In this document: positions 54,037-63,955 of the stretch, in pieces
Layout of the letters: each line of letters begins with the position of its first letter
Position numbering within the stretch: position 1 is the first letter of the stretch
From: Gammaproteobacteria bacterium
Lineage (GTDB): Bacteria; Pseudomonadota; Gammaproteobacteria; GCA-002705445; GCA-002716945
Direction: 5' to 3'
DNA length: 64,000 nucleotides
Assembly: GCA_045561295.1 (NCBI GenBank)
Contig: JBJKYD010000010.1
Location: 32,001 to 96,000 of the forward strand
Translations under genes and position numbers: made by a program
Notes under the pieces: generated by a model
The model's database searches: none
Told to the model about the DNA's origin: nothing
The model's input: the letters and a program-made list of their open reading frames with translations, nothing else

Positions 54037-55797
54037 ATGAATTTAAGAAAAATTTTATTACTAAATGCATTACTTACATTGTTCACTTATTCTTATGCAA
54101 GTGAAACATTGAATCCTATTGTAGTAAGTAATTCTATCTCACCTATTGATATTCATTCATCGCCCGCATCCATGGAGGTTTTCGCCGCATCAGACATCAA
54201 AGAAAGAGGATTTACAGATCTCCCTGATTTATTAAATTCTATTAGTTCTATCAACGTGAGTGCTGTCGGTGGAAGCGGACAATTAACCTCTGTATTTACA
54301 AGAGGCACGGAAAGCAATCATACAAAAATCATACTAGATGGAGTTGAGCTTAATCCAGGAACACTTGGTCTTGCACCTATACATAATATTTCAATCCATT
54401 CTATTGATAAAGTAGAAATTATAAAAGGATCTTCGTCAGCCCTGCACGGTGCAAATACTATTGGAGGAATTATTAATATTAAAACAAAAGAGAATTCGAA
54501 TTCCATCTCAATTTCCTCTGGTTCATGGTCAAGTAATTCAACATCTTTTACACAAGGATTTAATGCAAATGGTCTTAATATAAATATTAATGCAAATAGA
54601 TATGAGTCAAAATCCATACCAGCAAAAATTGCCTCAATGAAAAGGCATTCTCATAACACAAATAACATAGCTTTAGGCATAAGTAAGGAAATTAATGATT
54701 ATGTTTTTACATCTAGACTTTATAGCTCTACGGGAAACGCTCAATATGATAACTTCAACAGTTCAGCTGTTCTTAATCAAGATCATGATGACTACTTCTA
54801 TACATTTGGTATTAAAAAGTTTATCGATGATGATATTTTAGAGATGGTTTATAAAAGCTCTCAAAATAGAATTATTCAAAGTGCAACAGGTGCCACTGAC
54901 TTTACAGATACTCTTAGAGACATATATGATTTCTCTTACACAAATGTAGGTAATAATATGATACAAAAAGTAGGAGTTATTTATACAAAAGAACATATGA
55001 GTGAACTATCATATGGAACTCGTTTTATTGCATTCACAAACTACAAAGAATACTTTTACCAAAGTGAATTATCTTATCCATCTTATCTTGTTAACTATGG
55101 AGCAAGGCATATTGATCACTCACAATACGGTCACTTCACAACCGGCAACTTTGGACTTTCTATTTTGTCAGCTAATGACGTCTATTCTTTTAATATTACC
55201 AGGTCATTAAGACCAGCAGATGCTACGGATCTTTATGGTTATGGCGGTATCCCAACACTTGAGCCTGAAGAATCATTTTCTTATGAGTTTGGAATCAAAA
55301 GATATGTAAATGAAGATACTTTTCTTCGTGGTACTCTATTTAAAACAAAAATCAAAAACCTGATTGAAGCAAATGCAATGTCTCAATTATATATTGCAGA
55401 TTCTGAAATAACTGGAATGGAGTTAAGATTTCAGTCAATCTTTAAACCTATCAAATATGATATTGGCTATACATATATGGTTCCAGAAGATACAAAAAAT
55501 AATCAGCCATTGACAAAACGAAGTAAGCATAAATTTAATGCTGATTTGATATACACAATAGATCAAGAGAGTAGTTTACGAGTAAACGTTATGGCAGAAG
55601 GAAAGAGGAAAGGATCAGCTTATGCCGATATTGATTTAGGGTCTTACTATATTGCTAACCTTAATTATAAAACAAAGTACAACCAAAACTCGATCACTGT
55701 GAGCCTTAAAAATATATTTGATAGACCATATAGAGCAGCACATAATTTTAATAGTCCTGACCGATCCGTCTTTGTTACATATTCGTATGATTATTGA
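54037..55797 (+). CDS. btuB: TonB-dependent cobalamin receptor
   Basis: Signal peptide, TonB-box-like PIVVS, plug TRGTESNHTKIILDGV and KVEIIKGSSSALHG, C-terminal aromatic residue; lies behind a B12 riboswitch. Confidence 0.85.
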   Translation: MNLRKILLLNALLTLFTYSYASETLNPIVVSNSISPIDIHSSPASMEVFAASDIKERGFTDLPDLLNSISSINVSAVGGSGQLTSVFTRGTESNHTKIILDGVELNPGTLGLAPIHNISIHSIDKVEIIKGSSSALHGANTIGGIINIKTKENSNSISISSGSWSSNSTSFTQGFNANGLNININANRYESKSIPAKIASMKRHSHNTNNIALGISKEINDYVFTSRLYSSTGNAQYDNFNSSAVLNQDHDDYFYTFGIKKFIDDDILEMVYKSSQNRIIQSATGATDFTDTLRDIYDFSYTNVGNNMIQKVGVIYTKEHMSELSYGTRFIAFTNYKEYFYQSELSYPSYLVNYGARHIDHSQYGHFTTGNFGLSILSANDVYSFNITRSLRPADATDLYGYGGIPTLEPEESFSYEFGIKRYVNEDTFLRGTLFKTKIKNLIEANAMSQLYIADSEITGMELRFQSIFKPIKYDIGYTYMVPEDTKNNQPLTKRSKHKFNADLIYTIDQESSLRVNVMAEGKRKGSAYADIDLGSYYIANLNYKTKYNQNSITVSLKNIFDRPYRAAHNFNSPDRSVFVTYSYDY

Positions 55798-55811
55798 TAG
55801 TATGAAATAAT

Positions 55812-56318
55812 ATGAAGAATATTAATTATATGAATATATCAATTTTACTACTATTGCTTGTCTCTAAGCTCTCGAGTAGCTTCATAAATATATCACCTTT
55901 TATAGCAACTATTATTATTGGATCTTATTTTGTTAATAGTAAATATCATTTACTAATCATGGTATGGATAGCTCAATTTGTTTCTGATATAAGTTTTGGT
56001 ATACATGTATCAAGTATCTTTGTTTACTTGTCGTACTTTTGTATAGTTTTAATTTTATATTTATCTGAAAAGAATTTTAGCTTAGTGACTAGTCTTATTA
56101 ATGCTGTATATGCGAATATTATATTCTTTTTTGTAAGTAACTTTGGTCATTTTATTTCTTTCAGTGAATATTATTCATTACCTATATTTTTTGATAGCTA
56201 TGAAGCAGGAATACCATTTGGTATTAATTTATTGCTATCAACATTATTATTTATTTTTATTTATCATGCCTTACTAGCTATTAGTAATAAACAGCTAGTA
56301 AGTTCATGGTTAAAGTGA
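55812..56318 (+). CDS. btuM: BtuM/DUF6580 cobalamin transporter (solitary S-component)
   Basis: NISP, SD..FG.H, FFFVSNFG, Y.AGIPF motifs; about 6 TM; directly after btuB. Confidence 0.75.
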   Translation: MKNINYMNISILLLLLVSKLSSSFINISPFIATIIIGSYFVNSKYHLLIMVWIAQFVSDISFGIHVSSIFVYLSYFCIVLILYLSEKNFSLVTSLINAVYANIIFFFVSNFGHFISFSEYYSLPIFFDSYEAGIPFGINLLLSTLLFIFIYHALLAISNKQLVSSWLK

Positions 56319-56324
56319 GGATAT

Positions 56325-57524
56325 TTAAAACTTAAGTTGTCCACCTGTTTTATATTCAGTAACACGTGTCTCAAAGAAATTCTTCTCTTTGTTTAAGTCC
56401 ATCATCTCTGACATCCATTCAAATGGATTTGTTGCGCCAGGGTACTGATGAGGTAAGCCAATGCGTTGGAATCTTCTGTTCGCAATAAACTTTATATACT
56501 CTTCAAACTGATTAGCGTCCATACCTAGCATTGGTTTTGGCATAGTATCTCGTCCATATTGAATTTCTAGTTCGACTCCAGTTTTAATTAAATCAATCAT
56601 ATCTTGTTGAAATGATTCAGTCCAAAGTTCAGGATTTTCATTTTTTATTTGATTAATCACATCCATCCCAAAGTTCATATGCATAGATTCATCTCTTAAT
56701 ATGTATTGAAATTGTTGTGACACACCAGTAAGCAGATTTCTTCTTCCTAATGATAGAATCTGTGTAAACCCTACGTAGAAGAATATGCCCTCAAAGACAA
56801 CATAGAATGCTATCAAATCTCTAAGCAATCTTTGATTATCTTTATGTGTACCTGTTTGGAAAGTTGGATCACCAAGACTTTGTGTAAATGGTAGTGCCCA
56901 CTCTGCTTTTGTTGCAACAGCTGGTAATTCCCTATACATATTAAATATTCTTGCTTCATCCAGGCCAAGTGATTGTACACAATATTGATAAGCGTGAGTG
57001 TGAATTGCTTCTTCAAATGCTTGACGAAGAAGATACTGTCTACATTCAGGATTTGTTATGTGCTTATAAACTGCTAGAACTAAATTATTAGCAACAAGAG
57101 AATCTGCGGTTGAGAAGAAACCAAGGTTTCTCTCAACCATTTCTCTTTCCTCAGGTCTGAGCGCGCTAGGATCATTCCAACATTTTATATCATCATGCAT
57201 AGGAATTTCTTCCGGCATCCAATGGTTTGCAGAACCATCTAAATATTTTTGCCATGCCCATTCATATTTGAAAGGAACAAGCTGATTCAAGTCTGCTCTA
57301 CAGTTAATAATTGCTTTATCGTCAACTTGTATTCTTGCAGCTCCTTGCTCAATATCTTCCATTCCAGTAGAGCCCACTCCGCTATCTTCAGACGCAGGAA
57401 AATCCTGAATGTCTGCTGATGCTGAGTCAGTAAAGTTTTTATTTAGTTCTGATGACACTTTCTTCTCAGGTACTATATCTGGTTTACTCAGTGCATCATT
57501 AATAGGATCGTCCCAATTATACAT
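56325..57524 (-). CDS. nrdB: Class Ia ribonucleotide reductase beta subunit
   Basis: [18 protein letters not shown] (radical Tyr present), [23 protein letters not shown]. Confidence 0.96.
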   Translation of the reverse strand: MYNWDDPINDALSKPDIVPEKKVSSELNKNFTDSASADIQDFPASEDSGVGSTGMEDIEQGAARIQVDDKAIINCRADLNQLVPFKYEWAWQKYLDGSANHWMPEEIPMHDDIKCWNDPSALRPEEREMVERNLGFFSTADSLVANNLVLAVYKHITNPECRQYLLRQAFEEAIHTHAYQYCVQSLGLDEARIFNMYRELPAVATKAEWALPFTQSLGDPTFQTGTHKDNQRLLRDLIAFYVVFEGIFFYVGFTQILSLGRRNLLTGVSQQFQYILRDESMHMNFGMDVINQIKNENPELWTESFQQDMIDLIKTGVELEIQYGRDTMPKPMLGMDANQFEEYIKFIANRRFQRIGLPHQYPGATNPFEWMSEMMDLNKEKNFFETRVTEYKTGGQLKF

Positions 57525-57666
57525 TTTTATCTCCTTTTATTTGTCTATCAGCATCCATCGCTAATAACCTATCTTTTTCTAGTTTGTTTAGTTTTATGAT
57601 TACAAATACCATTGCAACAATAGCAATGACATAAATCATGAAATCGGGTATGTAAAAATTCATCAT
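57517..57666 (-). CDS. Small single-TM protein (49 aa) between nrdA and nrdB; not in the ORF track
   Basis: [49 protein letters not shown]; ATGA overlap with the nrdA stop and an 8-nt overlap with the nrdB start. Confidence 0.65.
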   Translation of the reverse strand: MMNFYIPDFMIYVIAIVAMVFVIIKLNKLEKDRLLAMDADRQIKGDKNV

Positions 57667-60509
57667 TGGCAAGCCTCGCATTCTGGATCATCAATTAAGC
57701 ATTGTTTAACTTCTTCATCTGATTTAACCGCATTTAAATTAGAACCTGAATTATCTGATGTACTTTTCTCTACGTGAGTTGCACCTAGTGATCGTAAATA
57801 ATAAGTGGTTTTCAAGCCTCTTATCCATGCTAGTTTATAAGCGCTATCAAGTTTTTTACCATCAGAGTCAGGAATATATAAATTTAGTGATTGTGACTGG
57901 TCAATCCATTTTTGTCTTCTTGCCGCAGCTTCAACAAGCCACCTTGTATCAATTTCAAAACATGTTGAATAAATAGACTTCAAATCATCAGGTACTCTAT
58001 TAATAGGTTGTAATTGACCATCAAAATATTTTAAATCTTTAATCATTACTTCATCCCATAAGTCTCTTTCTTTTAAATCTTTTATTAGATAAGGATTTAT
58101 TACAGTAAATTCACCAGAAAGATTAGATTTAACATATAGATTTTGGTATGTGGGCTCTATTGATTGAGAAACTCCACATATATTAGATATGGTTGCAGTT
58201 GGTGCAATAGCAAGCGTATTTGAATTACGCATTCCATGTTTTTTGATTTTATCTCTTAAGTCATCCCACTTTAAGCTTTCATCGAGGTTTACATCTAAAT
58301 ATTTTCCACGTATCTCTTTTAGATTTCTTAAACTATCTATAGGAAGAATTCCTTGGCTCCATAATGAGCCTTCGAAGCTTTCATAAGCACCTCTTTCTTT
58401 TGCAAGTTCCATAGACGCTTCAATCGCAAAGTAGCTAACGTACTCCATACTCTTATCAGCGAAAGCAACAGCTTCTTCTGATTCATAAGGAACACGGATT
58501 TTATATAAAGCATCTTGAAAGCCCATAATCCCTAATCCAACAGGGCGATGTTTTAAGTTAGAGTTTTTTGCTTTATCTACACTGTAATAATTATATTCAA
58601 TAACATTATCAAGCATTCTCATAGCTGTCATAATTGTTTTTTTAAGTTTCTTTGTATCAATTTTTCCAGCTTCAGTAATATGAGCAGCCAGGTTGACAGA
58701 TCCAAGATTACATACTGCAATTTCATCTTTTGAAGTATTCAATGTGATCTCTGTACATAAGTTTGATGAGTGAACAACGCCTTTGTGTTGTTGTGGAGAT
58801 CTGACATTACATGGATCTTTAAATGTAATCCAAGGATGCCCAGTCTCAAAGAGCATGCTGAGAATTTTTCTCCAGATATCTACTGCATTTACAGTCTTAA
58901 AATTTTTAATCCCACCAGATTTTGCAAGATCTTCATATTCCATATACTTTTCTTCAAAATCTAAGCCGTATAAATCATGGAGATCAGGTGTATCTGAAGG
59001 GGAGAAAAGTGTCCACTCTTCATTGCCATGGACTCTTTTCATAAATAGATCAGGAATCCAATTAGCTGTATTCATATCATGTGTTCTTCTTCTCTCATCA
59101 CCTGTATTTTTTCTAAGCTCGAGAAATTGTTCAATATCTAAGTGCCAAGTTTCTAAATAAGCACACATTGCACCTTTTCTTTTACCACCTTGATTAACAG
59201 CTACTGCAGTATCGTTTGCTACTTTAAGAAAAGGAATGACTCCCTGACTTTTACCGTTAGTACCTTTGATGTATGAACCTAGAGCTCTTACTTGTGACCA
59301 ATCATTTCCTAAACCACCAGCAAATTTAGAGAGCATTGCATCATCGCTTATGCCTTCAAATATTCCCCTTAAATCATCTGGCAATGTTGATAAGTAGCAA
59401 GATGATAGTTGAGGTTTTAATGTTGCAGAATTAAATAGTGTTGGTGTACTGGACATAAAATCAAATGATGATAATAGTTTGTAAAACTCAATTGATTTAG
59501 CTTCTCTATCGTCTTCATTAATGGCAAGTCCCATTGCAACTCTCATAAAGAATGCTTGAGGCAATTCAAATCTTACTTCATTGTGGTGAATAAAATATCT
59601 GTCATACAAAGTTTGTAAACCTAAGTATGTAAATTGCATGTCTCTTGAAAGATCAATATTTTTTGTTAGAAATTCTAAATCATAGTTTAGTAATTCTGGA
59701 TCAAGGTGCTTTAGTTCAACACCTTTTTTAATATAACTTTTAAAATAGTTTGGATAAGATTTTTCCATAGCGCTTATGCTTAAATCTGATGCATCTATTT
59801 CAAGAAAGGAGTACGCCTCTTCTGACATACTATTTGATAACAATCTTGCTAATACAAAAGAGTAATTAGGGTCTTTCTCAATAAGTGGTCTTACAGATAT
59901 AAGTATCGAATCGGATAAATCTGATTTTTTTATACCATCATATATATTCTTATCAATAGTGTTAAATATTAAGTCACCTGATACATCATCAATGTCTAAG
60001 CAACTCTCAGCAATCATGTTTTTTAATTTTTTATAATCTATAGGAACTGTAGAGCCATCGTCTAAGACCATGTTTTTAGATATTGGCATATCTTCTGTTT
60101 GCTCAACGCCAAGTTTTCTTGCTTTTGATCGATCTTCTCTATAGATAACGTACGCTCTTGCTACGTCTTGATAACCCGCTCTCATTATTGCTAGCTCAAC
60201 TTGATCTTGAATATCCTCTATATGAATAACGCCACCATTAGGAAATCTTCTTTTAATAGTGTGATCTACTTTGTCAGTTAAATTTTCTACTTCGTTATGT
60301 ATTCTAGATGATGCAGCTGCGCTACTTCCCTCTATACTTAAAAATGCTTTCGTCATTGCAACAACAATCTTGTGTGAGTCATAAGCAGTCACCTTTCCAT
60401 TTCTTCTCATTACACGATAAAGACCAGGAATTGGCTCTAACTGCGGAGCTTCTGCAACAGGCTTATTGATAGGCGAATCTATACTTATTTTTTCTCTTTC
60501 TTCTGACAT
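57663..60509 (-). CDS. nrdA: Class Ia ribonucleotide reductase alpha subunit with two ATP-cone-like domains
   Basis: STPTLFN, QLSSCYL, SSNLCTEI, AVCNLGS, APTATIS, KTTYYLR, C-terminal CEACQ. Confidence 0.97.
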   Translation of the reverse strand: MSEEREKISIDSPINKPVAEAPQLEPIPGLYRVMRRNGKVTAYDSHKIVVAMTKAFLSIEGSSAAASSRIHNEVENLTDKVDHTIKRRFPNGGVIHIEDIQDQVELAIMRAGYQDVARAYVIYREDRSKARKLGVEQTEDMPISKNMVLDDGSTVPIDYKKLKNMIAESCLDIDDVSGDLIFNTIDKNIYDGIKKSDLSDSILISVRPLIEKDPNYSFVLARLLSNSMSEEAYSFLEIDASDLSISAMEKSYPNYFKSYIKKGVELKHLDPELLNYDLEFLTKNIDLSRDMQFTYLGLQTLYDRYFIHHNEVRFELPQAFFMRVAMGLAINEDDREAKSIEFYKLLSSFDFMSSTPTLFNSATLKPQLSSCYLSTLPDDLRGIFEGISDDAMLSKFAGGLGNDWSQVRALGSYIKGTNGKSQGVIPFLKVANDTAVAVNQGGKRKGAMCAYLETWHLDIEQFLELRKNTGDERRRTHDMNTANWIPDLFMKRVHGNEEWTLFSPSDTPDLHDLYGLDFEEKYMEYEDLAKSGGIKNFKTVNAVDIWRKILSMLFETGHPWITFKDPCNVRSPQQHKGVVHSSNLCTEITLNTSKDEIAVCNLGSVNLAAHITEAGKIDTKKLKKTIMTAMRMLDNVIEYNYYSVDKAKNSNLKHRPVGLGIMGFQDALYKIRVPYESEEAVAFADKSMEYVSYFAIEASMELAKERGAYESFEGSLWSQGILPIDSLRNLKEIRGKYLDVNLDESLKWDDLRDKIKKHGMRNSNTLAIAPTATISNICGVSQSIEPTYQNLYVKSNLSGEFTVINPYLIKDLKERDLWDEVMIKDLKYFDGQLQPINRVPDDLKSIYSTCFEIDTRWLVEAAARRQKWIDQSQSLNLYIPDSDGKKLDSAYKLAWIRGLKTTYYLRSLGATHVEKSTSDNSGSNLNAVKSDEEVKQCLIDDPECEACQ

Positions 60510-60548
60510 ATTCTCTCTCTGGTTTGAGATGTTATGAGATTAATTGTA

Positions 60549-60596
60549 CCACTAAATATTGTGGTATGTAATTACTAAAAACACTATATATTGTGT
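60549..60596. promoter_or_regulatory. Tandem NrdR boxes
   Basis: CCACTAAATATTGTGG (60549-60564) and ACACTATATATTGTGT (60581-60596), 32 bp apart, match acaCwAtATaTwGtg. Confidence 0.9.
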
Positions 60597-60614
60597 TTAA
60601 GTTTGTGATTTAGT

Positions 60615-60623
60615 TGTGGATAA
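60615..60623 (-). promoter_or_regulatory. DnaA box upstream of nrdA
   Basis: Perfect TTATCCACA on the minus strand; a one-mismatch box TTATATACA at 60655-60647. Confidence 0.7.
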
Positions 60624-60677
60624 GTTGTGAAATCGTTGTATTTACTTGTATATAAGATAATCCCAATATACTGATTT

Positions 60678-62045
60678 TTACATCAGAAAAGTTGCGATTC
60701 CCAAAAGTGAGACGAAACCAACAACATCTGTGATAGTGGTCAAAATCACACCGCCTGCGAGAGCTGGATCGATATCAAGCTTCTCTAAAATAAGAGGTAA
60801 GCTCACGCCACTTATCGCACCTACAATTAAATTGATCATCAATGCTGCAGCAATCACTCCACCGAGGAACATGCTATCAAACCATAGATAAACAATTCCT
60901 GCTACAACGCCAGACCAAATGATTCCATTTAATAATCCAATAGCAGACTCTTTATAGATGAGAAGTTTTGAGTTTGAGGATCCAATTTGATCAAGTGCTT
61001 GTGCTCTAATGACTAGTGCTAGACTTTGACTGCCCGCAATGCCACCCATACTTGCAACAATTGGCATTAAAATAGCTAAAGCTACAACTTTTTCTATTGT
61101 CGCTTCAAATATTCCAATGGCAGCGGCAGCTAAAAGTGCAGTGAGGAAGTTTGCGCCAAGCCATAATGTTCTTCTTTTAGTACTTTGTATGACAGGTGCA
61201 AAGATATCATCGTCCTTTTTAAGACCCGCCATGTTTAATACACTTTCATCAACCTCTTCTCTAATGACATCGACTACATCATCGACTGTAATCCTACCTA
61301 ATAAAAATCCTTGATTGTCCACCACAGCAGCGGATACTAAATCTGCGTTTTCAAATCGTCTTGAGACTTCGTGTTCTCCTAAATCTGGATCAATAGGGTC
61401 TTCATCTTTTTTCATGATTTGGAAAACATATTTTGAGGGTTCTGCAACTAAGACATCTTTTAATGAGACGAACCCGTGATACATATTTATTCTGTCAGTT
61501 ACAAATATTTTATCTGTTTGATCAGGTAAACTTTTCATTCGTCTTAAATATTTTAAAAGCACATCAACAGTTACATTACTTCTTATAGTAATGGTATCCG
61601 TGTTCATGAGCCCACCTGCTGTACCGTCTTCAAACGACAAAACTTTTTCGAGTCTTTCCTGATTTTGTTTGGTAAGACTCTTAATCGCTTTTCTAGTTAA
61701 GCCTTTTGGAAGAGATTGGATAATATCTGCAAGGTCGTCAGAATCAAGCTTCTCTGCAATCTTTACTAGACCTTCAGTTCCGTCTTTATCAATAAGTTCA
61801 TCAATTAAATTTTCTCGAACTTCATCATGTAGCTCAGCGAGTGTCTCACCTTTATTTTCATCGGTAACTAATGTCCATAAAAGATCCCTTCTGTTACGAG
61901 GTGTACTTTCTATGACATCAGCAATCTCAGATGGATATAGAGAATTGAGTAGATTTTTTGCTTTGATAACTGCGCCGCTATCAAGAACTTCTGAGAGTTG
62001 GTCAAGAGTGACAGTATTATCTTTATTAATGCTTTCTGCAGGCAT
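60678..62045 (-). CDS. mgtE: Magnesium transporter MgtE
   Basis: N-terminal domain, CBS pair (TAGGLM, LLGRITVDD), PIVASMGG, DPALAGGVILTTITDVVG. Confidence 0.96.
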   Translation of the reverse strand: MPAESINKDNTVTLDQLSEVLDSGAVIKAKNLLNSLYPSEIADVIESTPRNRRDLLWTLVTDENKGETLAELHDEVRENLIDELIDKDGTEGLVKIAEKLDSDDLADIIQSLPKGLTRKAIKSLTKQNQERLEKVLSFEDGTAGGLMNTDTITIRSNVTVDVLLKYLRRMKSLPDQTDKIFVTDRINMYHGFVSLKDVLVAEPSKYVFQIMKKDEDPIDPDLGEHEVSRRFENADLVSAAVVDNQGFLLGRITVDDVVDVIREEVDESVLNMAGLKKDDDIFAPVIQSTKRRTLWLGANFLTALLAAAAIGIFEATIEKVVALAILMPIVASMGGIAGSQSLALVIRAQALDQIGSSNSKLLIYKESAIGLLNGIIWSGVVAGIVYLWFDSMFLGGVIAAALMINLIVGAISGVSLPLILEKLDIDPALAGGVILTTITDVVGFVSLLGIATFLM

Positions 62046-62099
62046 TGGTCTGACCTCTCTTGATTTTGTTTATTTTTTACATATTCCTGAGACAAAGAT

Positions 62100-62131
62100 A
62101 ACACAAAGGGCCTACTTAAGTAAGTAGGCCC
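62100..62131 (-). terminator. Rho-independent terminator closing the porin 2 3' UTR
   Basis: GGGCCTACTT/AAGTAGGCCC 10-bp stem followed by TTTGTGTTATCTTT on the minus strand. Confidence 0.8.
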
Positions 62132-62246
62132 CGATATATATAAATGAAATCTTTATCTTAAGAAGGCTAGCTGTCTATGAAATTAGGTTGGTTGTTAACG
62201 TCAAACTAATGGGGGCAGCTAGCCTCTCATCTAGATCCAAAGAGGA
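62100..62246 (-). ncRNA. Candidate 3'-UTR-derived sRNA of porin 2
   Basis: Long hairpin 62164-62225 (AGGCTAGCTG/CAGCTAGCCT and ATTAG/CTAAT), followed by the terminator; a segment is complementary to the porin 1 RBS region. Confidence 0.5.
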
Positions 62247-63379
62247 TTAGAAGTCATGTCTTAGACCAAAGATATAAGTTCTAAAGTCTGTTGTGTTATT
62301 ATTTGCATCACCATCGTGATCAGAATAACCTGCGTAGAATCTACTTGTCTTAGATAGCTTGTATTGCATACCTACGTTGTAAGCAGTTCCATCACCTTCT
62401 GTAGCAGATCCTGCATCAGATTCAGTATTAGCAATTGAATACTGAAGCTTCATTGGACCTGATGAGTAGTGAATACCATACCAATCTACTTCACCTTCTG
62501 AGCTGTCGAACATTTTGCTGTCAATCTCAACATCTTCATGCATATACCATACTTTGACCTTTCTTTTATCAGCAAGTTTCATATCATATGTAATAGTATA
62601 TTTTTTGTTTTCTTTGTCAGCACTGTGATCTGTGGTTCATTGCATACACAAGACTTAAGCCTTTAATACCTAAGTTTTTGTACTCAAGACCGTAACCATA
62701 GTCTTTCTTGTTGTTTGCAGAATATGCAGCTTCGTCATGGTTACTGAAACCTCTAATAGCAGCAAATCTGAAGTTACCAGCTTTAAGCTCGTAAAAACCA
62801 GCTGTTCTCCAATAACCTGAATGAGACATACTACCTTGTGAGATACCACGTGTGTCTCTCATTTGCGCTAATGTATCATGCAAGATATCGTGTTTAGCAA
62901 GAAATTTATAAGGTGATTCCATAGAACCAAACTTAAATTGACCATATGGAGTTAAAAGACCTAACCAAGATTGTTTGTTGGTAAATGCATTTGCTTTAAA
63001 CCCTGCTTCATTATCCCGAGTCATTTGCAACATCTTCACCGTCTGTTCCAGATGAGTCTCCATCACCAAGATCTATCGCCCACTCAACTTTATAGTTGAC
63101 TGAATAGCCATTGCCGATAGAGCTTTTACCTTTAAAGCCCATACGAGCCATACCTTCATCATCAAAGATTGTGGTGTTAGCTTCTCCACCGGCTTTTTTT
63201 GTATTACTGTATTGAGACCAAAGTCGACCATAAAGCTTCGCACTAGAGCCTTTTTTAAGAGCTGGAGATGCGACTGCTTCGTTTGGTTTGATGACAGAAT
63301 TTGTCATAGCACCACCCGTGAAACCGACTAAAGGAACTGCAAGTAAAGCAAGTACAAGATATTTTTGTAATTGTTTCAT
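62247..63379 (-). pseudogene. Gram-negative porin (porin 2) split by two +1 frameshifts; possibly sequencing errors
   Basis: Three ORFs join into 376 aa after removing 1 nt at CCC 63015-63017 and 1 nt at GG 62634-62635; signal peptide, KLYGRL, terminal FGLRHDF. Confidence 0.8.
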
Positions 63380-63514
63380 ATTTCCTCTTTGTTTAATAAC
63401 GTTAAATTTTTCCCTAAATAAGGAATAGTCAAAGGATATAAAACTAAAGTGAAAAGTTTTAATAAATGTATATGAAAGATTTATATATGAAATATGACAG
63501 AATTATGAATCATG

Positions 63515-63955
63515 TTAGGTTTCATTTTTTTTTAATATAGCGTTTAACCTTGAGCCTATATCTTGATAAATTTCGAGTAATTTTTGTTTTCTCTCATTAA
63601 AGTCTACGATATCTGCAGGGTCTGAATAACTCCAGTGAAGATTGTTCAAACAGTTTGTATAGACAGGGCATGCATCTTTAGCGTTATCACAAACTGTAAT
63701 TGCATAATCAAATTTATTGTTATTGCTCTCACTAAAAATATTAATGCTTTTAGATTTAAGCTTATTTATTGGATACCCCAACTCTTTTGCAATTTCTAAA
63801 GCAGCAGGATTAATTATACCTGTAGGGTTGGAGCCTGCAGAAAAACCTATGAAATATTCATTGGTCAGAAGATTAGCAGCCATTTCTCCCATAATAGAGC
63901 GTGCAGAATTACCAGTGCAGATAAATAAAACACTATGTTGTTTGGGATAGCTCAT
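63515..63955 (-). CDS. arsC: Arsenate reductase (LMW-PTP fold, thioredoxin type)
   Basis: LFICTGNSARS P-loop, SAGS, TVCDNAKDACP, HWSYSDPA. Confidence 0.88.
   Translation of the reverse strand: MSYPKQHSVLFICTGNSARSIMGEMAANLLTNEYFIGFSAGSNPTGIINPAALEIAKELGYPINKLKSKSINIFSESNNNKFDYAITVCDNAKDACPVYTNCLNNLHWSYSDPADIVDFNERKQKLLEIYQDIGSRLNAILKKNET

Noticed and set aside
56325-57524. Class Ic (Mn/Fe) or metal-free RNR beta subunit
   Set aside because: The radical Tyr (EEAIHTHAY), the first Asp ligand and the other metal ligands are present
60600-60660. Replication origin suggested by the DnaA boxes
   Set aside because: Only one perfect box, no dnaA or gidA context; explained by nrdAB regulation
62617-63069. 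Programmed frameshifting or phase variation in porin 2
   Set aside because: The runs are only 2-3 nt with no slippery heptamer or long repeat tract
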